A stretch of 64,000 nt of DNA from an uncultured Bacillota bacterium (GTDB taxonomy: Bacteria > Bacillota > DTU025 > MWDF01). The stretch is taken from positions 384,001 through 448,000 of the forward strand of contig CAWGMK010000013.1 in NCBI GenBank assembly GCA_963823655.1, written 5' to 3'. A program made the translations under genes and the position numbers. How positions within the stretch are numbered: the stretch's first letter is position 1; each line of letters begins with the position of its first letter. Below, one piece after another: positions 20,058 to 30,390 of this stretch. Below the pieces are notes generated by a model that ran no database searches, was not told the DNA's origin, and worked only from the letters and a program-made list of their open reading frames with translations.

Positions 20058-21951
20058 ATGCTTTATACAGGTTTCCGTCGACCCAGACTTCAATTCTGCC
20101 GGTGCCGAATACCTCGACTACTTCTGTGACTTCCTCGCCGCTTTTGAAGGATATCGGCCCGAAAACCGTCCTTGTGCCATATGTGTCGCTGACTTTTATA
20201 ATGATCTCCTGTATCCACGTCTCCTGCGGAACAGTGTATTTTATCTCGAATTTCTTGCTTTCTGACCCTGTCGTGACCGTGCCCTCCATGGCGATTTTCA
20301 GATCCACGGCGCTGCCTCGGTCGACTTCAGAGCCCGCCGGCGGCGTCTGCCCTATTACGGTCCCTTTGGGCGCATCGCTGGACGCCGTCTCTACCATCAG
20401 GCCCACTTCAAGCCCTCCGGCAGTGAGCGCCTCCTTGGCCGCCTCTGCGTCCATGCCTACTACATTGGGCACGACCACGGTCGGAGGAAGGCCCTGCGAC
20501 AGGACGATGATTATCGCGCCTCCCCTGTCCAATTTGCTGGCAGGTGCGGGATTCTGGCGTATGACAAGCCCTTCTTGCACGATCATGCTGTATTCAAGCT
20601 TGTTTTCGCCTATCACAAAACCTGCCGCCTCGACGATTATCCCCGCTTCCCTGAGGTCCTTGCCCGTAATGTCGGGCACTTCGCCCAGGTCCGGGCCCAG
20701 GCTGATTATAAGGCCAATAGTCGAGTTTACCTTCCGCCTGGTGCCGGCAGCAGGTTCCTGGCTGATTACTGTATCGGCCGGTATCTTCTTGTCATAGACC
20801 GAATTGACCACTTCGGCCGTAAGTGTCTGCTCCTCCAGCCTCACCTTGGCATCGATAAGGCTGAGCCCAATGACTTCGGGCACAACGACTTCATCCACGT
20901 GCATCCAGTTGTTCCAGACCTCATAAAGGCCGAGGGCCGAAGCAGCGACTACGAGTATGAAAACGGCGACTAAGATAAGCAGCTTTTTCAGGCCCTTCTT
21001 CTGGTCATAGCCTCCCTTTTTCCCTTCCGGCATGGGAGAGCCCCCTCCTTCGACCTTGCTGAATGTCTTCGTCTGACTGGACTCCAGTTCTGACAAATCG
21101 GCATCTGTACCGAACTTTCCTAAGTAGCCGTCCTCAGCTTTCATCAGCGCCGCTTTGAACTCCTCGGCGCTTTGGAACCTCTTCGAGGCGTCCTTCTCCA
21201 TCGCTTTGAATATTACCCTTTCCAGCATAGGGCTTATCGAAGGGTTCAGCTTTCTGGGAGGGACGGGCTTTTCAGAAATGTGCTTAATCGCGACGGCCAC
21301 TTCCCCTTCTCCTGTGAAAGGAAGGCAGCCTGTTAGCATCTCATATAGCATCACGCCGGTGGAGTATAGGTCCGACTTGAAAGTCGCAGTCTCACCTTTC
21401 GCCTGCTCAGGCGAGGTGTAGTTCACCGTTCCGACGACCATGCCCGTCTGGGTCAGGTCTCCTTCGCTGGCGGCCCTCGCGATGCCGAAATCGGCTATCT
21501 TCACCCTGCCGTCGGACGAGAGGAGTATGTTGTGCGGTTTGATGTCCCTGTGCACAAGCCCGTGGGAGTGTGCGTGCCAGAGCCCGTCGATGACCTGATG
21601 GATGATGCCGATGCTCTTGAGTATGGGCATCGACCCTCTGTATCCGCGCATCTCCTGGTCCAGGGTCTTGCCGGATACGAACTCCATCACTATGTAATTG
21701 AGGTTCTCGTCGGCCCCTACATCAAATACTCCGACAATGTTAGGATGCGAAAGCCTGGCGGCAGAGAGAGCTTCCTTCCTGAAGCGCTCCTTGGATATGG
21801 CATGCGAGGAGTACTGGTCGCGCAACACTTTGATTGCGACCGTCCTCGCCAGCACAGTATCATAGGCGCGGTAGACCGTGGACATACCGCCCTCTCCGAC
21901 CAACTCCTTGATTTCATATCTGCCCGATAGGACGCTGCCTACTTCCATCAA
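20047..21951 (-). CDS. pknB: PASTA-domain Ser/Thr kinase (PknB/PrkC/Stk1)
   Basis: GEGGMSTVY, HRDIKPHN, DFGIA and SPEQ motifs, TM helix, three PASTA repeats. Confidence 0.95.
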   Translation of the reverse strand: MMEVGSVLSGRYEIKELVGEGGMSTVYRAYDTVLARTVAIKVLRDQYSSHAISKERFRKEALSAARLSHPNIVGVFDVGADENLNYIVMEFVSGKTLDQEMRGYRGSMPILKSIGIIHQVIDGLWHAHSHGLVHRDIKPHNILLSSDGRVKIADFGIARAASEGDLTQTGMVVGTVNYTSPEQAKGETATFKSDLYSTGVMLYEMLTGCLPFTGEGEVAVAIKHISEKPVPPRKLNPSISPMLERVIFKAMEKDASKRFQSAEEFKAALMKAEDGYLGKFGTDADLSELESSQTKTFSKVEGGGSPMPEGKKGGYDQKKGLKKLLILVAVFILVVAASALGLYEVWNNWMHVDEVVVPEVIGLSLIDAKVRLEEQTLTAEVVNSVYDKKIPADTVISQEPAAGTRRKVNSTIGLIISLGPDLGEVPDITGKDLREAGIIVEAAGFVIGENKLEYSMIVQEGLVIRQNPAPASKLDRGGAIIIVLSQGLPPTVVVPNVVGMDAEAAKEALTAGGLEVGLMVETASSDAPKGTVIGQTPPAGSEVDRGSAVDLKIAMEGTVTTGSESKKFEIKYTVPQETWIQEIIIKVSDTYGTRTVFGPISFKSGEEVTEVVEVFGTGRIEVWVDGNLYKAYDV

Positions 21952-21955
21952 TTCG

Positions 21956-22672
21956 CTAACTCACATCGCTTTCTTCTATCAGCGCCGCTACAACAGTGAT
22001 GTTGTCCTCGCCGCCGCGGATATTCGCAAGCCTGGTCAGATCCTCGCACACCGTCATCATGTCCTGCGTCGCCGAGAACCTTTCGGCCATCTCTATATCG
22101 TTTATCTGGTCCCAAAACCCGTCCGTGCACAGCACAAGCACATCATCAGGAATAAGCGCGAACTGCTTGAGCTCGGGTTCCAGCTCGTCGCACGCTCCAA
22201 GGCAGCGTATCACCGCATGCCTTCCCGGATGCTCCGCCGCGTCCTCAAGTTTTAGAAAGCCGCTTTGGATGAGCTGCCCGGCCAGGGAGTGGTCAGTAGA
22301 AATCCTGGTTGCGGCCCCTTCCCTTACTAGGTATGCCCTAGAATCGCCGACGTGGGCCAACAGGGCGTTTCCGGACCTGACGGCGCACGCCGTCATAGTA
22401 GTGCCCATCCCTAAGAGGTCTGGAACTTCGGCCGCCTGTGCTCTTATCGCGGTGTTGGCCGCTTCAAGTATCTTTTTGAAGTCGTCCAGCGAAACCGCAT
22501 CCTTGCATCTCATGGCAAAAAGGCCGACAGCTATGTTGGATGCCTCTGTTCCGCCGTTATGGCCGCCTAATCCGTCGGCCACGGCGATGCAGCGATACTC
22601 GGACGATGCCAGTACCGAATCCTGGTTGCTTGCCCGGCTCCTGCCCTTATCTGTAGCAAAACCGATTCGCAT
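21956..22672 (-). CDS. PP2C-type Ser/Thr phosphatase Stp1/PrpC
   Basis: NQD, VADGLGG, MGTT, HVGDSRAY, LCTDG and DNIT motifs. Confidence 0.93.
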   Translation of the reverse strand: MRIGFATDKGRSRASNQDSVLASSEYRCIAVADGLGGHNGGTEASNIAVGLFAMRCKDAVSLDDFKKILEAANTAIRAQAAEVPDLLGMGTTMTACAVRSGNALLAHVGDSRAYLVREGAATRISTDHSLAGQLIQSGFLKLEDAAEHPGRHAVIRCLGACDELEPELKQFALIPDDVLVLCTDGFWDQINDIEMAERFSATQDMMTVCEDLTRLANIRGGEDNITVVAALIEESDVS

Positions 22673-22732
22673 CGAACACCCCCGTTAGCCAAATTATATT
22701 ACAAAGGCGGCTATTCCACCATTTTCCATACG

Positions 22733-23785
22733 CTATTTGCCCTCTATGTGCCTCATACGCAGCTGCCCGCAGGCGGCCTCTATCTCTGAGCCCATCTCGC
22801 GCCTTGAGGTGACGGAAATGCCCGCCTCCTCAAGCACCTTCCTGAACGCCGCTATCTGTATGTCAGGGGATCTTTGCAGGCCGCTTTCGGGCACCGCGTT
22901 CAACGGTATGAGGTTAACGTGCGCAAGGCTGCCCTTCAGAAGCCTGATGAGCTTGGAGGCCTGCACCAGCGAGTCGTTCACGTCTTTTATCATTACGTAT
23001 TCGTAGGTGACCCGCCTTCCTGTCTTCTCCGCGTACTTCTTCGCGGCCGCGACCACTTTCCCCAAACCATAGATCCTGTTCACGGGCATTATCCTGTCCC
23101 TTATGGCATCGTCTGCCGCATGCAGCGAGACGGAAAGCGTAATCTGCATGTCCTCTTCCATGAGCTTCTCGATGCCGGGGATTATGCCGCATGTGGATAT
23201 CGTTATGTGCCTTGCCCCGATGTTGAACCCCTTGTCCCAGTTGAGTATCCTTATGAACTTCATGGTCTCGTCGTAATTCATAAGCGGCTCGCCCATACCC
23301 ATTATAACGACGGAGGATATCCTCTTGCCTCCCGTCTGCCTGCTTGCGGCCAGGAACTGGTCGCACATCTCTGAGGCTTTCAGATCCCTTCCGAAGCCTG
23401 CGATCGCCGAGGCGCAGAAGGTGCATCCCATCTTGCAGCCTGCCTGGGACGATACGCAAAGGGAAAGCCCGTAATCGTGGTCCATGAGCACGGTCTCGGC
23501 GGACTGCCCGTCGGAAAAGCCCAGAAGAAGCTTCCTGCTGTTGTCCGAGGACCTCTTGATGTCTATTATCCTGGTCCCTTCCAGGGGCGCTACTTCCTTC
23601 AGCCTGTCTCTTAATCCCTCGGGGATGTTTGTCATCTCGTCGTATGAGGCCGCCATCTTCCCGTATACCCACTCCAGGATCTGGGACGCCCTGTATTTCG
23701 GATGCCCAAGGCTTAGCATCAATGGTTCAAGGTCCGCGGGAAGCATCCCATTGACCCTTTCTTTCTGATTATCTGTCTTCGTCAT
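22733..23785 (-). CDS. rlmN: Radical SAM RNA methyltransferase RlmN
   Basis: CKMGCTFC, MGMGEP, SLHA and AACGQL motifs. Confidence 0.95.
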   Translation of the reverse strand: MTKTDNQKERVNGMLPADLEPLMLSLGHPKYRASQILEWVYGKMAASYDEMTNIPEGLRDRLKEVAPLEGTRIIDIKRSSDNSRKLLLGFSDGQSAETVLMDHDYGLSLCVSSQAGCKMGCTFCASAIAGFGRDLKASEMCDQFLAASRQTGGKRISSVVIMGMGEPLMNYDETMKFIRILNWDKGFNIGARHITISTCGIIPGIEKLMEEDMQITLSVSLHAADDAIRDRIMPVNRIYGLGKVVAAAKKYAEKTGRRVTYEYVMIKDVNDSLVQASKLIRLLKGSLAHVNLIPLNAVPESGLQRSPDIQIAAFRKVLEEAGISVTSRREMGSEIEAACGQLRMRHIEGK

Positions 23786-23805
23786 GTTCGCCTCTTTCTT
23801 TGTGC

Positions 23806-23838
23806 AAAAGCCCGGGATTTAGAATCCCGGGCACTTTT
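23806..23838 (-). terminator. Intrinsic terminator of the nucleoside ABC operon
   Basis: GCCCGGGATT-TAG-AATCCCGGGC stem with flanking A/T runs. Confidence 0.75.
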
Positions 23839-23853
23839 TCCAATAAACGCCTG

Positions 23854-24921
23854 CTATACTGAACCCCTTCTTCTATATGGCAGCCCGCTTGCGGCAGGCG
23901 GCGTCAGCCTTCCGACGAAGCCTGCGAGGGCAAACATCGTCAGTATGTACGGCAGCATTAGAAGGAAGTCTGTCGGTATGGCCGTCATCCCCCACGACTG
24001 GGCGATGAACTTGAATCCCGTAGCAAGTCCGAAGAACATTGATGCGAGGAACGCTCCGATCGGAGTCCATTTGCCGAATATCATGGCAGCAATGGCAATG
24101 AAGCCCCTGCCGTCAGTCATTGCCTCTTTGAACAGGGACAGCTGCCCCAGGGAAAGCGTAACGCCCCCTAAGCCTGCGAGCGCGCCCGATAGTATTACGC
24201 AGAAGTACCTTATGCCGGTTACATTGATTCCAACCGTATCCGCAGCCTCCGGATGTTCACCGCAAGCTCTGATCCTAAGCCCGAGCGGCGTGTAGAAGAG
24301 CACGACTTGAGCGACCACCACCAGAAGCAAAGCGATGTAGACGGGGGGCGTATTGCTGCCGAAGATGTCGCCAATAACCGGAATATTCCTGAAGAAGTCG
24401 GGCAGCATCCAGTTCGCAAGCTTTGCGACCCTGTCCGTCTGGCCGGCCCTATGGAATACGGCCTTAAGCAGGAAGCCGGTCAGCGCCAGTGCGAAGACGT
24501 TAATTGCCACTCCGCTTACCGTCTGGTTGGCGTGGTAGCTTATGCACACGTAGGCATGGATTGCCGCGGTCAAGCCGCCCGCAACCATTGCCCCGAGCAC
24601 TCCCAGCCAGGCATTGCCCGTGAAATATGACACCATGACGCCGAAGAACGCGCCTATTAGCATCATGCCCTCTATGCCGATATTGACAACGCCTGCCCTT
24701 TCAGAGAAGACCGCGCCAATGCTTGCGAGTATCAATGGAGTCGCCATGAAAATGCCGGTGGAGAAGAAGTCGATGACGAGGTATCTGAAGTTCTCCCCGC
24801 CCATCGAGCGGATATTATTTATGGAGAATACTATGAAGAACACTGCGATGATAACCCCAAGCCAGAACGGCCTGGATTTCAACAGCCTGTTCCAATCGAA
24901 CTTCCTGCCTTTTCCGCTCAT
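23854..24921 (-). CDS. Nucleoside ABC transporter permease (NupQ-like)
   Basis: SERAGVVNIGIEG, GEHPEAADTVG, GRGFIA and LPYILT motifs. Confidence 0.9.
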   Translation of the reverse strand: MSGKGRKFDWNRLLKSRPFWLGVIIAVFFIVFSINNIRSMGGENFRYLVIDFFSTGIFMATPLILASIGAVFSERAGVVNIGIEGMMLIGAFFGVMVSYFTGNAWLGVLGAMVAGGLTAAIHAYVCISYHANQTVSGVAINVFALALTGFLLKAVFHRAGQTDRVAKLANWMLPDFFRNIPVIGDIFGSNTPPVYIALLLVVVAQVVLFYTPLGLRIRACGEHPEAADTVGINVTGIRYFCVILSGALAGLGGVTLSLGQLSLFKEAMTDGRGFIAIAAMIFGKWTPIGAFLASMFFGLATGFKFIAQSWGMTAIPTDFLLMLPYILTMFALAGFVGRLTPPAASGLPYRRRGSV

Positions 24922-26018
24922 ACGCTTCCCACCTCCTTGCCGGAGGCCTTACGGCCCTTTCCCAGCAGCAGCCTGACCGGCAGCCATCCTTTTACTATGC
25001 CTTCCGCGGCTACGATAAGTATTATTACGCCCTGCATTACCCCGATCGTCTCTTTGGGGACGCCGGCTAGCATCTGCATTGTCTGAGAGCCCCTCTGCAG
25101 TATGCCGAAGAGCAGCGCCGCAGGAAGCACGCCCAAAGGATGGCTCTTTCCTACCAACGCTATCGCAATGCCATCAAACCCGTAGCCCTGGAACGCGAAC
25201 AGGTCCAGGAACTTGAACTGTATGCCCATGACCTGGACGGCGCCGGCAAGCCCTGCCAGCGCGCCTGATATGAACATCGCCGCGACTACGTTCTTCTGTA
25301 CGCTGATGCCGCCGTACCTGGCAGCTTCCGGATTGAACCCGACGGCCCTTATCCTATAGCCTATCGTGGTCTTGAAAAGCAGATAATAGACTAGTATTGC
25401 AGCAGCTATGGCGATTACTATGCCGGAGTTCACCCTGATCGGGCTGCCCTCGCCGAAGAATCTCCAAAGCTTTGCCGTTGATAAAATCTCCCTGCTGTAA
25501 GGGCTCGTGATTTTCGGATCCTTAATAGGCCCGTTCACGAGGTAATGGGACAGGTACAGGGCAATGTAGTTCATCATTATGCTGTTGACCACTTCGTGGA
25601 TGCCGAAACGCGCCTTCAGGAAGCCCGGCACGGATGCCCAAATGGCGCCGCATGCCATGCCAGACAGCATTGTCAAGGGAAGGTGGATTATCATGGGAAG
25701 CCCCAGATCCATCGCACCTACAACTGCTGCTCCTATCAACCCTACTATGTACTGCCCCTCGACTCCGATATTGAAAAGCCCGCATCTGAAACCTACTGCG
25801 ATGGCAAGCCCCGTGAATATCAGAGGAGTGGTGTACACTATCGTCTCGCTCAGATACTCAAGGTTGCCGAAACAGCCCTGTATAAGAGCCTTGTATCCTG
25901 TGAAGGGGTTTACTCCCGTCAAGGCCATGAGGATCCCGCCCAGCACTATGCCAAGAAGGACTGCGGTTATCGGCACGACGAACTCCTTGAGGGCTGAGCC
26001 TTTTGCCTTGTCTGCCAT
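24918..26018 (-). CDS. Nucleoside ABC transporter permease (NupP-like)
   Basis: GLFNIGVEGQ, HEVVNSIM and GYGFDGIAIAL motifs. Confidence 0.9.
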   Translation of the reverse strand: MADKAKGSALKEFVVPITAVLLGIVLGGILMALTGVNPFTGYKALIQGCFGNLEYLSETIVYTTPLIFTGLAIAVGFRCGLFNIGVEGQYIVGLIGAAVVGAMDLGLPMIIHLPLTMLSGMACGAIWASVPGFLKARFGIHEVVNSIMMNYIALYLSHYLVNGPIKDPKITSPYSREILSTAKLWRFFGEGSPIRVNSGIVIAIAAAILVYYLLFKTTIGYRIRAVGFNPEAARYGGISVQKNVVAAMFISGALAGLAGAVQVMGIQFKFLDLFAFQGYGFDGIAIALVGKSHPLGVLPAALLFGILQRGSQTMQMLAGVPKETIGVMQGVIILIVAAEGIVKGWLPVRLLLGKGRKASGKEVGSV

Positions 26019-27581
26019 TACCTCACCCCCCCTAATGCCTCGGGCATGGAGCCGGCCATCATTAGGCCGAGCTTCTCCTCCGTGGCATCCTTGATGTCCA
26101 TTATGCCCATGATCTTGCCTTCGTACATGACCGCGATACGGTCCGACAGCGCCATTACCTCATCAAGCTCGAGTGAAACCAGCAGGATGGCCTTGCCTTC
26201 ATCCCTTTCAGCAACCAGCCTCCTGTGGATATATTCAATGGCTCCTACATCAAGCCCTCGCGTCGGCTGTGCGATTACTATCAGCTCCGGAGACCTGGAA
26301 AGCTCCCTGGCGAGAATCGCCTTCTGCTGATTGCCGCCTGACAGCGATCCTGCCGGTGTATCCTCGTCCGGCGTCCTTACATCGAACTCGGCTATAAGGC
26401 GCTTCGCAAACGACCGTATTGCGTCCCATTTCAGGTTGATCCCGCTGCTGAAAGGCTTTTTGTCGAAAGTCTGGAGGACCATGTTCTCGGCCACTGTGAA
26501 ATCAAGGACCAAGCCATGCTTCTGCCTGTCCTCGGGAACATGCACTATGCCGGCCTCAAAGCATTTCTTGGGCGGCAGGTTCGTAATGTCCTTGCCGCTT
26601 AATGTCACTTTGCCGGAATGCAGCTTCCGCATGCCGGTAATGCACTGCACAAGCTCGGTCTGCCCGTTGCCGTCGACGCCGGCTATTCCGAGTATCTCTC
26701 CCGACCGGACGTTGAAATCAATCCCTCTGAGGGCTTGCAGGCCCCTGTCATTATGGGCTGTAAGAGCCTCCACTTTGAATACTTCCTTGCCAGGCTTGGA
26801 GGGGGATTTCTGAACCACTAGCTCCACTTCGCGCCCTACCATCATGTTGGCAAGCTGGCTTGCCGAAGTGCTCCTTGGTCTCCACGGACCCGATTATCTT
26901 GCCGTGGTTTATCACGGTTACGCGGTCCGATATCTCCATTACTTCCTTCAGCTTGTGGGATATGAATATGATCGACTTCCCGTCACGCACAAGGTTGCGC
27001 ATGATCACGAAGAGTTCTTTCGTCTCCTGAGGCGTAAGGACGGCCGTGGGCTCGTCCAGTATCAATACCTCCGCCCCTCTGTGCAGCGCTTTTAAAATTT
27101 CTACCCTCTGCTGCATGCCGACCGAGATGTCCATGATCTTGGCATCAGGGTCTATCGAGAGGCCGAATGTAGTCGATATCGCCTGTAGTTCGGCCCGGGC
27201 TTTCTTCCTGTCGATGAAGATGCCGGCCTTCCTGGGCTCATTTCCAAGCACCAGGTTCTCAGATACCGTAAGGGGCTTGATAAGCATGAAATGCTGGTGC
27301 ACCATGCCTATGCCCTGTTTTAGCGTATCCGCAGGCCCGCTTACGACAAGCGGCTTGCCCTTGAAGAAGATCTGGCCCTCTTCCTGTTTGTAGAGGCCGT
27401 AAAGTATCTTCATCAGCGTGGATTTCCCGGCTCCGTTCTCCCCGAGAAGGCAATGTATCTCGCCCTTCTTCAGGTCGAAGTCCACCTTCGAGTTGGCTAC
27501 AATCCCGGGGAAGGCCTTGGTAATCCCCTTCATCTGAAGGATTACCTCTCCGTTTTGCATTAGCCTTGATTTTTCTGACAT
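26018..27581 (-). CDS. Two-domain sugar/nucleoside ABC ATPase (NupO-like; +1 frameshift near 26872)
   Basis: GENGAGKST, LDEPT, LSGGNQQK and PTRGLD; the two ORF fragments join by removing one G. Confidence 0.9.
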
Positions 27582-27684
27582 GTTCTTCCTCCGTATGGGA
27601 AAACCGGGCGCCTGGCAAAGGCCCGACGCCCGGTCCCTGATACAGCAGGGCTTAAAAGCCTTGCGCTGCGTTAAGCACCAGGTG

Positions 27685-28698
27685 CTACTTTACGGGTATT
27701 CTCTCTGCTTCGTTGAGTCCCTCAGGAACGACCTTCTGGCCGTTGATGATCATGCTTGCCCATGCGTTTGCCTTTGCAATTGCGCCGGCTGCAGTGTTCT
27801 TGGCTGTCGTCGGGGCCATACCTACGCCCTGCTCTTTAAGGCCAAGGTAGGTAACGCCCGCCTTGAACTTGCCGTCAACCAGGTTCTTGCTGCCCATGAA
27901 CACGCCGTTGTCTACGCGCTTGATCATCGATGAGAGGGTCCATTTCGGCGAGAGCTCGTACTGGTCGGAGTCAACGCCCATAACCCATACGTTCTTGGTC
28001 TCGTTGGCAGCTTCGAACATGCCGATGCCTGTTCCGCCGGAGGCGTGGTAGATTACGTCGGCCTTCTTGATGATGAAGGACTTGGCAATCGCCTTGCCCG
28101 CTGCGGGATCGTTGAATGAACCGGCGTAGCTTCTAAGCAGTGTGATGTTCTTGTCTACTGCCTGGACGCCCATTTTGAAGCCGGCTTCGAAACGCCATAT
28201 GACTGGGAACTCCATGCCGCCGATGAAGCCGATGACCTTGCTCTTCGTTGTCATCGCGGCCAGGACGCCCATGAGGAACGATCCCTCGTTCTCCCTGTAC
28301 ATAACCGACATTACGTTAGGATGCTTGGCATACCAGTCTGCGTCCCATGAGTTGTCGATTATACCGAACTTGGTGTTGGGATACTGGACGGAAACCTTCT
28401 CGATGGCATCGGCCATCAGGAATCCGATTGCCCATACCATGTCGTAGCCTTCCTTAGCGAAGGCGGAGAGGTTGGGCTCGTAGTCTGAGGGGGTGCGTGA
28501 CTCGGCGTACTTCGTAACTGCTCCGAGATCCTTTGCAACCCTCTTCAGGCCCTCGTATGCGGAGTCGTTGAACGACTTGTCGCCAAGTCCGCCGACGTCG
28601 AACACGATGGCAATCTTGTACTCCTTCGAGAAGGAGGGTATCGCCACTATGGCGAGCAGTAGGGCCGCAGTGATAGCGAGAGTGATAGCGCGCTTCAT
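27685..28698 (-). CDS. BMP/PnrA-family nucleoside-binding protein
   Basis: GGLGDKSFN, ENEGSFL, GFIGG, GVDSDQ and SMIKRVD motifs; signal peptide without a Cys. Confidence 0.92.
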   Translation of the reverse strand: MKRAITLAITAALLLAIVAIPSFSKEYKIAIVFDVGGLGDKSFNDSAYEGLKRVAKDLGAVTKYAESRTPSDYEPNLSAFAKEGYDMVWAIGFLMADAIEKVSVQYPNTKFGIIDNSWDADWYAKHPNVMSVMYRENEGSFLMGVLAAMTTKSKVIGFIGGMEFPVIWRFEAGFKMGVQAVDKNITLLRSYAGSFNDPAAGKAIAKSFIIKKADVIYHASGGTGIGMFEAANETKNVWVMGVDSDQYELSPKWTLSSMIKRVDNGVFMGSKNLVDGKFKAGVTYLGLKEQGVGMAPTTAKNTAAGAIAKANAWASMIINGQKVVPEGLNEAERIPVK

Positions 28699-28971
28699 TG
28701 AGGACATTACCTCCATTCGCTGGGGCCCGGGTATTGCCCGGCAGCTCCCGTTTTTGTTATGCACTAGCGCATTTTGAGAAACATGTCCCGCTATGCACTA
28801 TGCATGCTTCCACAGTTATTATAATTAATACCGCTAGTTAATTGCTATGCTTTAATGAAAGTTTCCAATATATGTGACGCGGCAGGCCCCCATTTTGAAT
28901 GTTCTTTTAATAGAACAAGCCCGTACAAGCAAAACTCCAGCTAATAGAGGTTTTTAAAAGACTTCCGCCCT

Positions 28972-29042
28972 TTGTGCAAAATTGCATAAAAACCGACATG
29001 GGCTTAAAATTGTATGTGTACGTGTATTCTGTATACATGTAA
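28972..29042 (+). promoter_or_regulatory. gdhA promoter with candidate operator sites
   Basis: TTGCAT-N17-TAAAAT (28982-29010); palindrome TTGTGCAAAATTGCATAA over the -35; TGTA repeats including TGTATACA downstream of the -10. Confidence 0.6.
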
Positions 29043-29061
29043 ATTTCAGGAGGTGCGGAAT

Positions 29062-30321
29062 ATGGCTCAGAGCACATACGAACAGGTCCTGGCAAGGCTG
29101 AAGCTTGCAAAGGAAATCCTGAACCTCGACGAAGGCACTTACGCAATGCTATGCGAACCCGAAAGGGCGCTGGAGGTTAATGTACCGGTCAAGATGGACG
29201 ACGGCAGCATCAAGTTATTCAAGGGCTACAGGGTGCAGCACAGTACAGCCAGAGGGCCGGCAAAGGGCGGAATCCGCTATCATACGGACGTTAACTACGA
29301 CGAGGTCAAGTCCCTGGCAGCGTGGATGTCATTCAAATGCGGCGTGGTGGACATCCCCTACGGCGGCGCAAAAGGCGGCATATGCGTAGACGTAACGAAG
29401 CTCTCCGAGGGCGAGCTTGAGCGCCTGACCCGCGGCTATACATCGAAGATAGCGCCGATCATCGGGCCCATGAAGGACGTGCCCGCCCCCGACGTGAACA
29501 CGAGCGGCAAGATCATGGCATGGATCGTCGATACTTATTCTGCGATCACAGGACAGTACCAGCCCGCCGTCGTAACCGGCAAGCCCCTTACCATGAACGG
29601 CTCACTGGGCAGGAACGAAGCTACAGGGCGCGGCGTATCGTTTGCGGCCCGCGAGCTTCTCAAGAGGCTTAACGTGGATGCCAAGAACGTATGCGTGGCA
29701 GTGCAGGGCTTCGGCAATGTCGGCGGCATCGGCGCCATCATGCTCCACAACATGGGCATGAAGGTTGTCGGTATCAGCGACATTTCGGGCAACTACTACA
29801 ATCCTGCGGGCATCGATGTTAACGCCGCATTCGCGTACGCCGGCAAGAACCCCAAGAAGGTTGTCGAAGGCTACGTCGAAAAGGGATTGGTCAAGCTTGA
29901 CGACCCGAAGGGCGTATTGTATTTGGACTGCGACCTGCTAGTGCCCGCAGCCCTCGAAAACCAGATAACTGTGGAGAACGCTTCCAAAATCAAGGCTAAG
30001 TACATTGTCGAGGGAGCCAACGGCCCCATAACCGCCGAAGCCGACGAGATATTGAACAAGGCCGGCAAGATCATAATCCCCGACATCCTATCAAACGCCG
30101 GCGGAGTCACAGTCTCCTACTTCGAGTGGTGCCAGAACCTCAGCGGCTACTATTGGACTGAGAAGGAAGTCAATGACAGGCTAGACGTCAAGATGAGCCA
30201 GGCTTTCAATTCCTGCTGGGACTTCGCCCAGGAGAAGAAGGTCACGATGCGCATCGCCGCCTACTGCCTGGCGATCAAACGCATAGTGGATGCGATGCAC
30301 GCAAGGGGCATATTCCTCTAG
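29062..30321 (+). CDS. gdhA: Glu/Leu/Phe/Val dehydrogenase (glutamate dehydrogenase)
   Basis: GPAKGGIRY, GGAKGG, DVPAPD, GFGNVG, EGANGP and NAGGVTVSYFEW motifs; AGGAGGT RBS. Confidence 0.93.
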   Translation: MAQSTYEQVLARLKLAKEILNLDEGTYAMLCEPERALEVNVPVKMDDGSIKLFKGYRVQHSTARGPAKGGIRYHTDVNYDEVKSLAAWMSFKCGVVDIPYGGAKGGICVDVTKLSEGELERLTRGYTSKIAPIIGPMKDVPAPDVNTSGKIMAWIVDTYSAITGQYQPAVVTGKPLTMNGSLGRNEATGRGVSFAARELLKRLNVDAKNVCVAVQGFGNVGGIGAIMLHNMGMKVVGISDISGNYYNPAGIDVNAAFAYAGKNPKKVVEGYVEKGLVKLDDPKGVLYLDCDLLVPAALENQITVENASKIKAKYIVEGANGPITAEADEILNKAGKIIIPDILSNAGGVTVSYFEWCQNLSGYYWTEKEVNDRLDVKMSQAFNSCWDFAQEKKVTMRIAAYCLAIKRIVDAMHARGIFL

Positions 30322-30344
30322 ATCGGGATTTCAGTCGAAATAGC

Positions 30345-30374
30345 AGGGGGCCCGGCTTGTAAGCCGGGCCCCCT
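30345..30374. terminator. Hairpin between convergent gdhA and rimO
   Basis: Perfect 14-bp inverted repeat AGGGGGCCCGGCTT-GT-AAGCCGGGCCCCCT. Confidence 0.8.
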
Positions 30375-30390
30375 TGATTCGCATTGAGTC

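Noticed and set aside
28700-28900. Purine riboswitch upstream of the BMP operon
   Set aside because: No purine aptamer core sequences and no terminator with a U tract.
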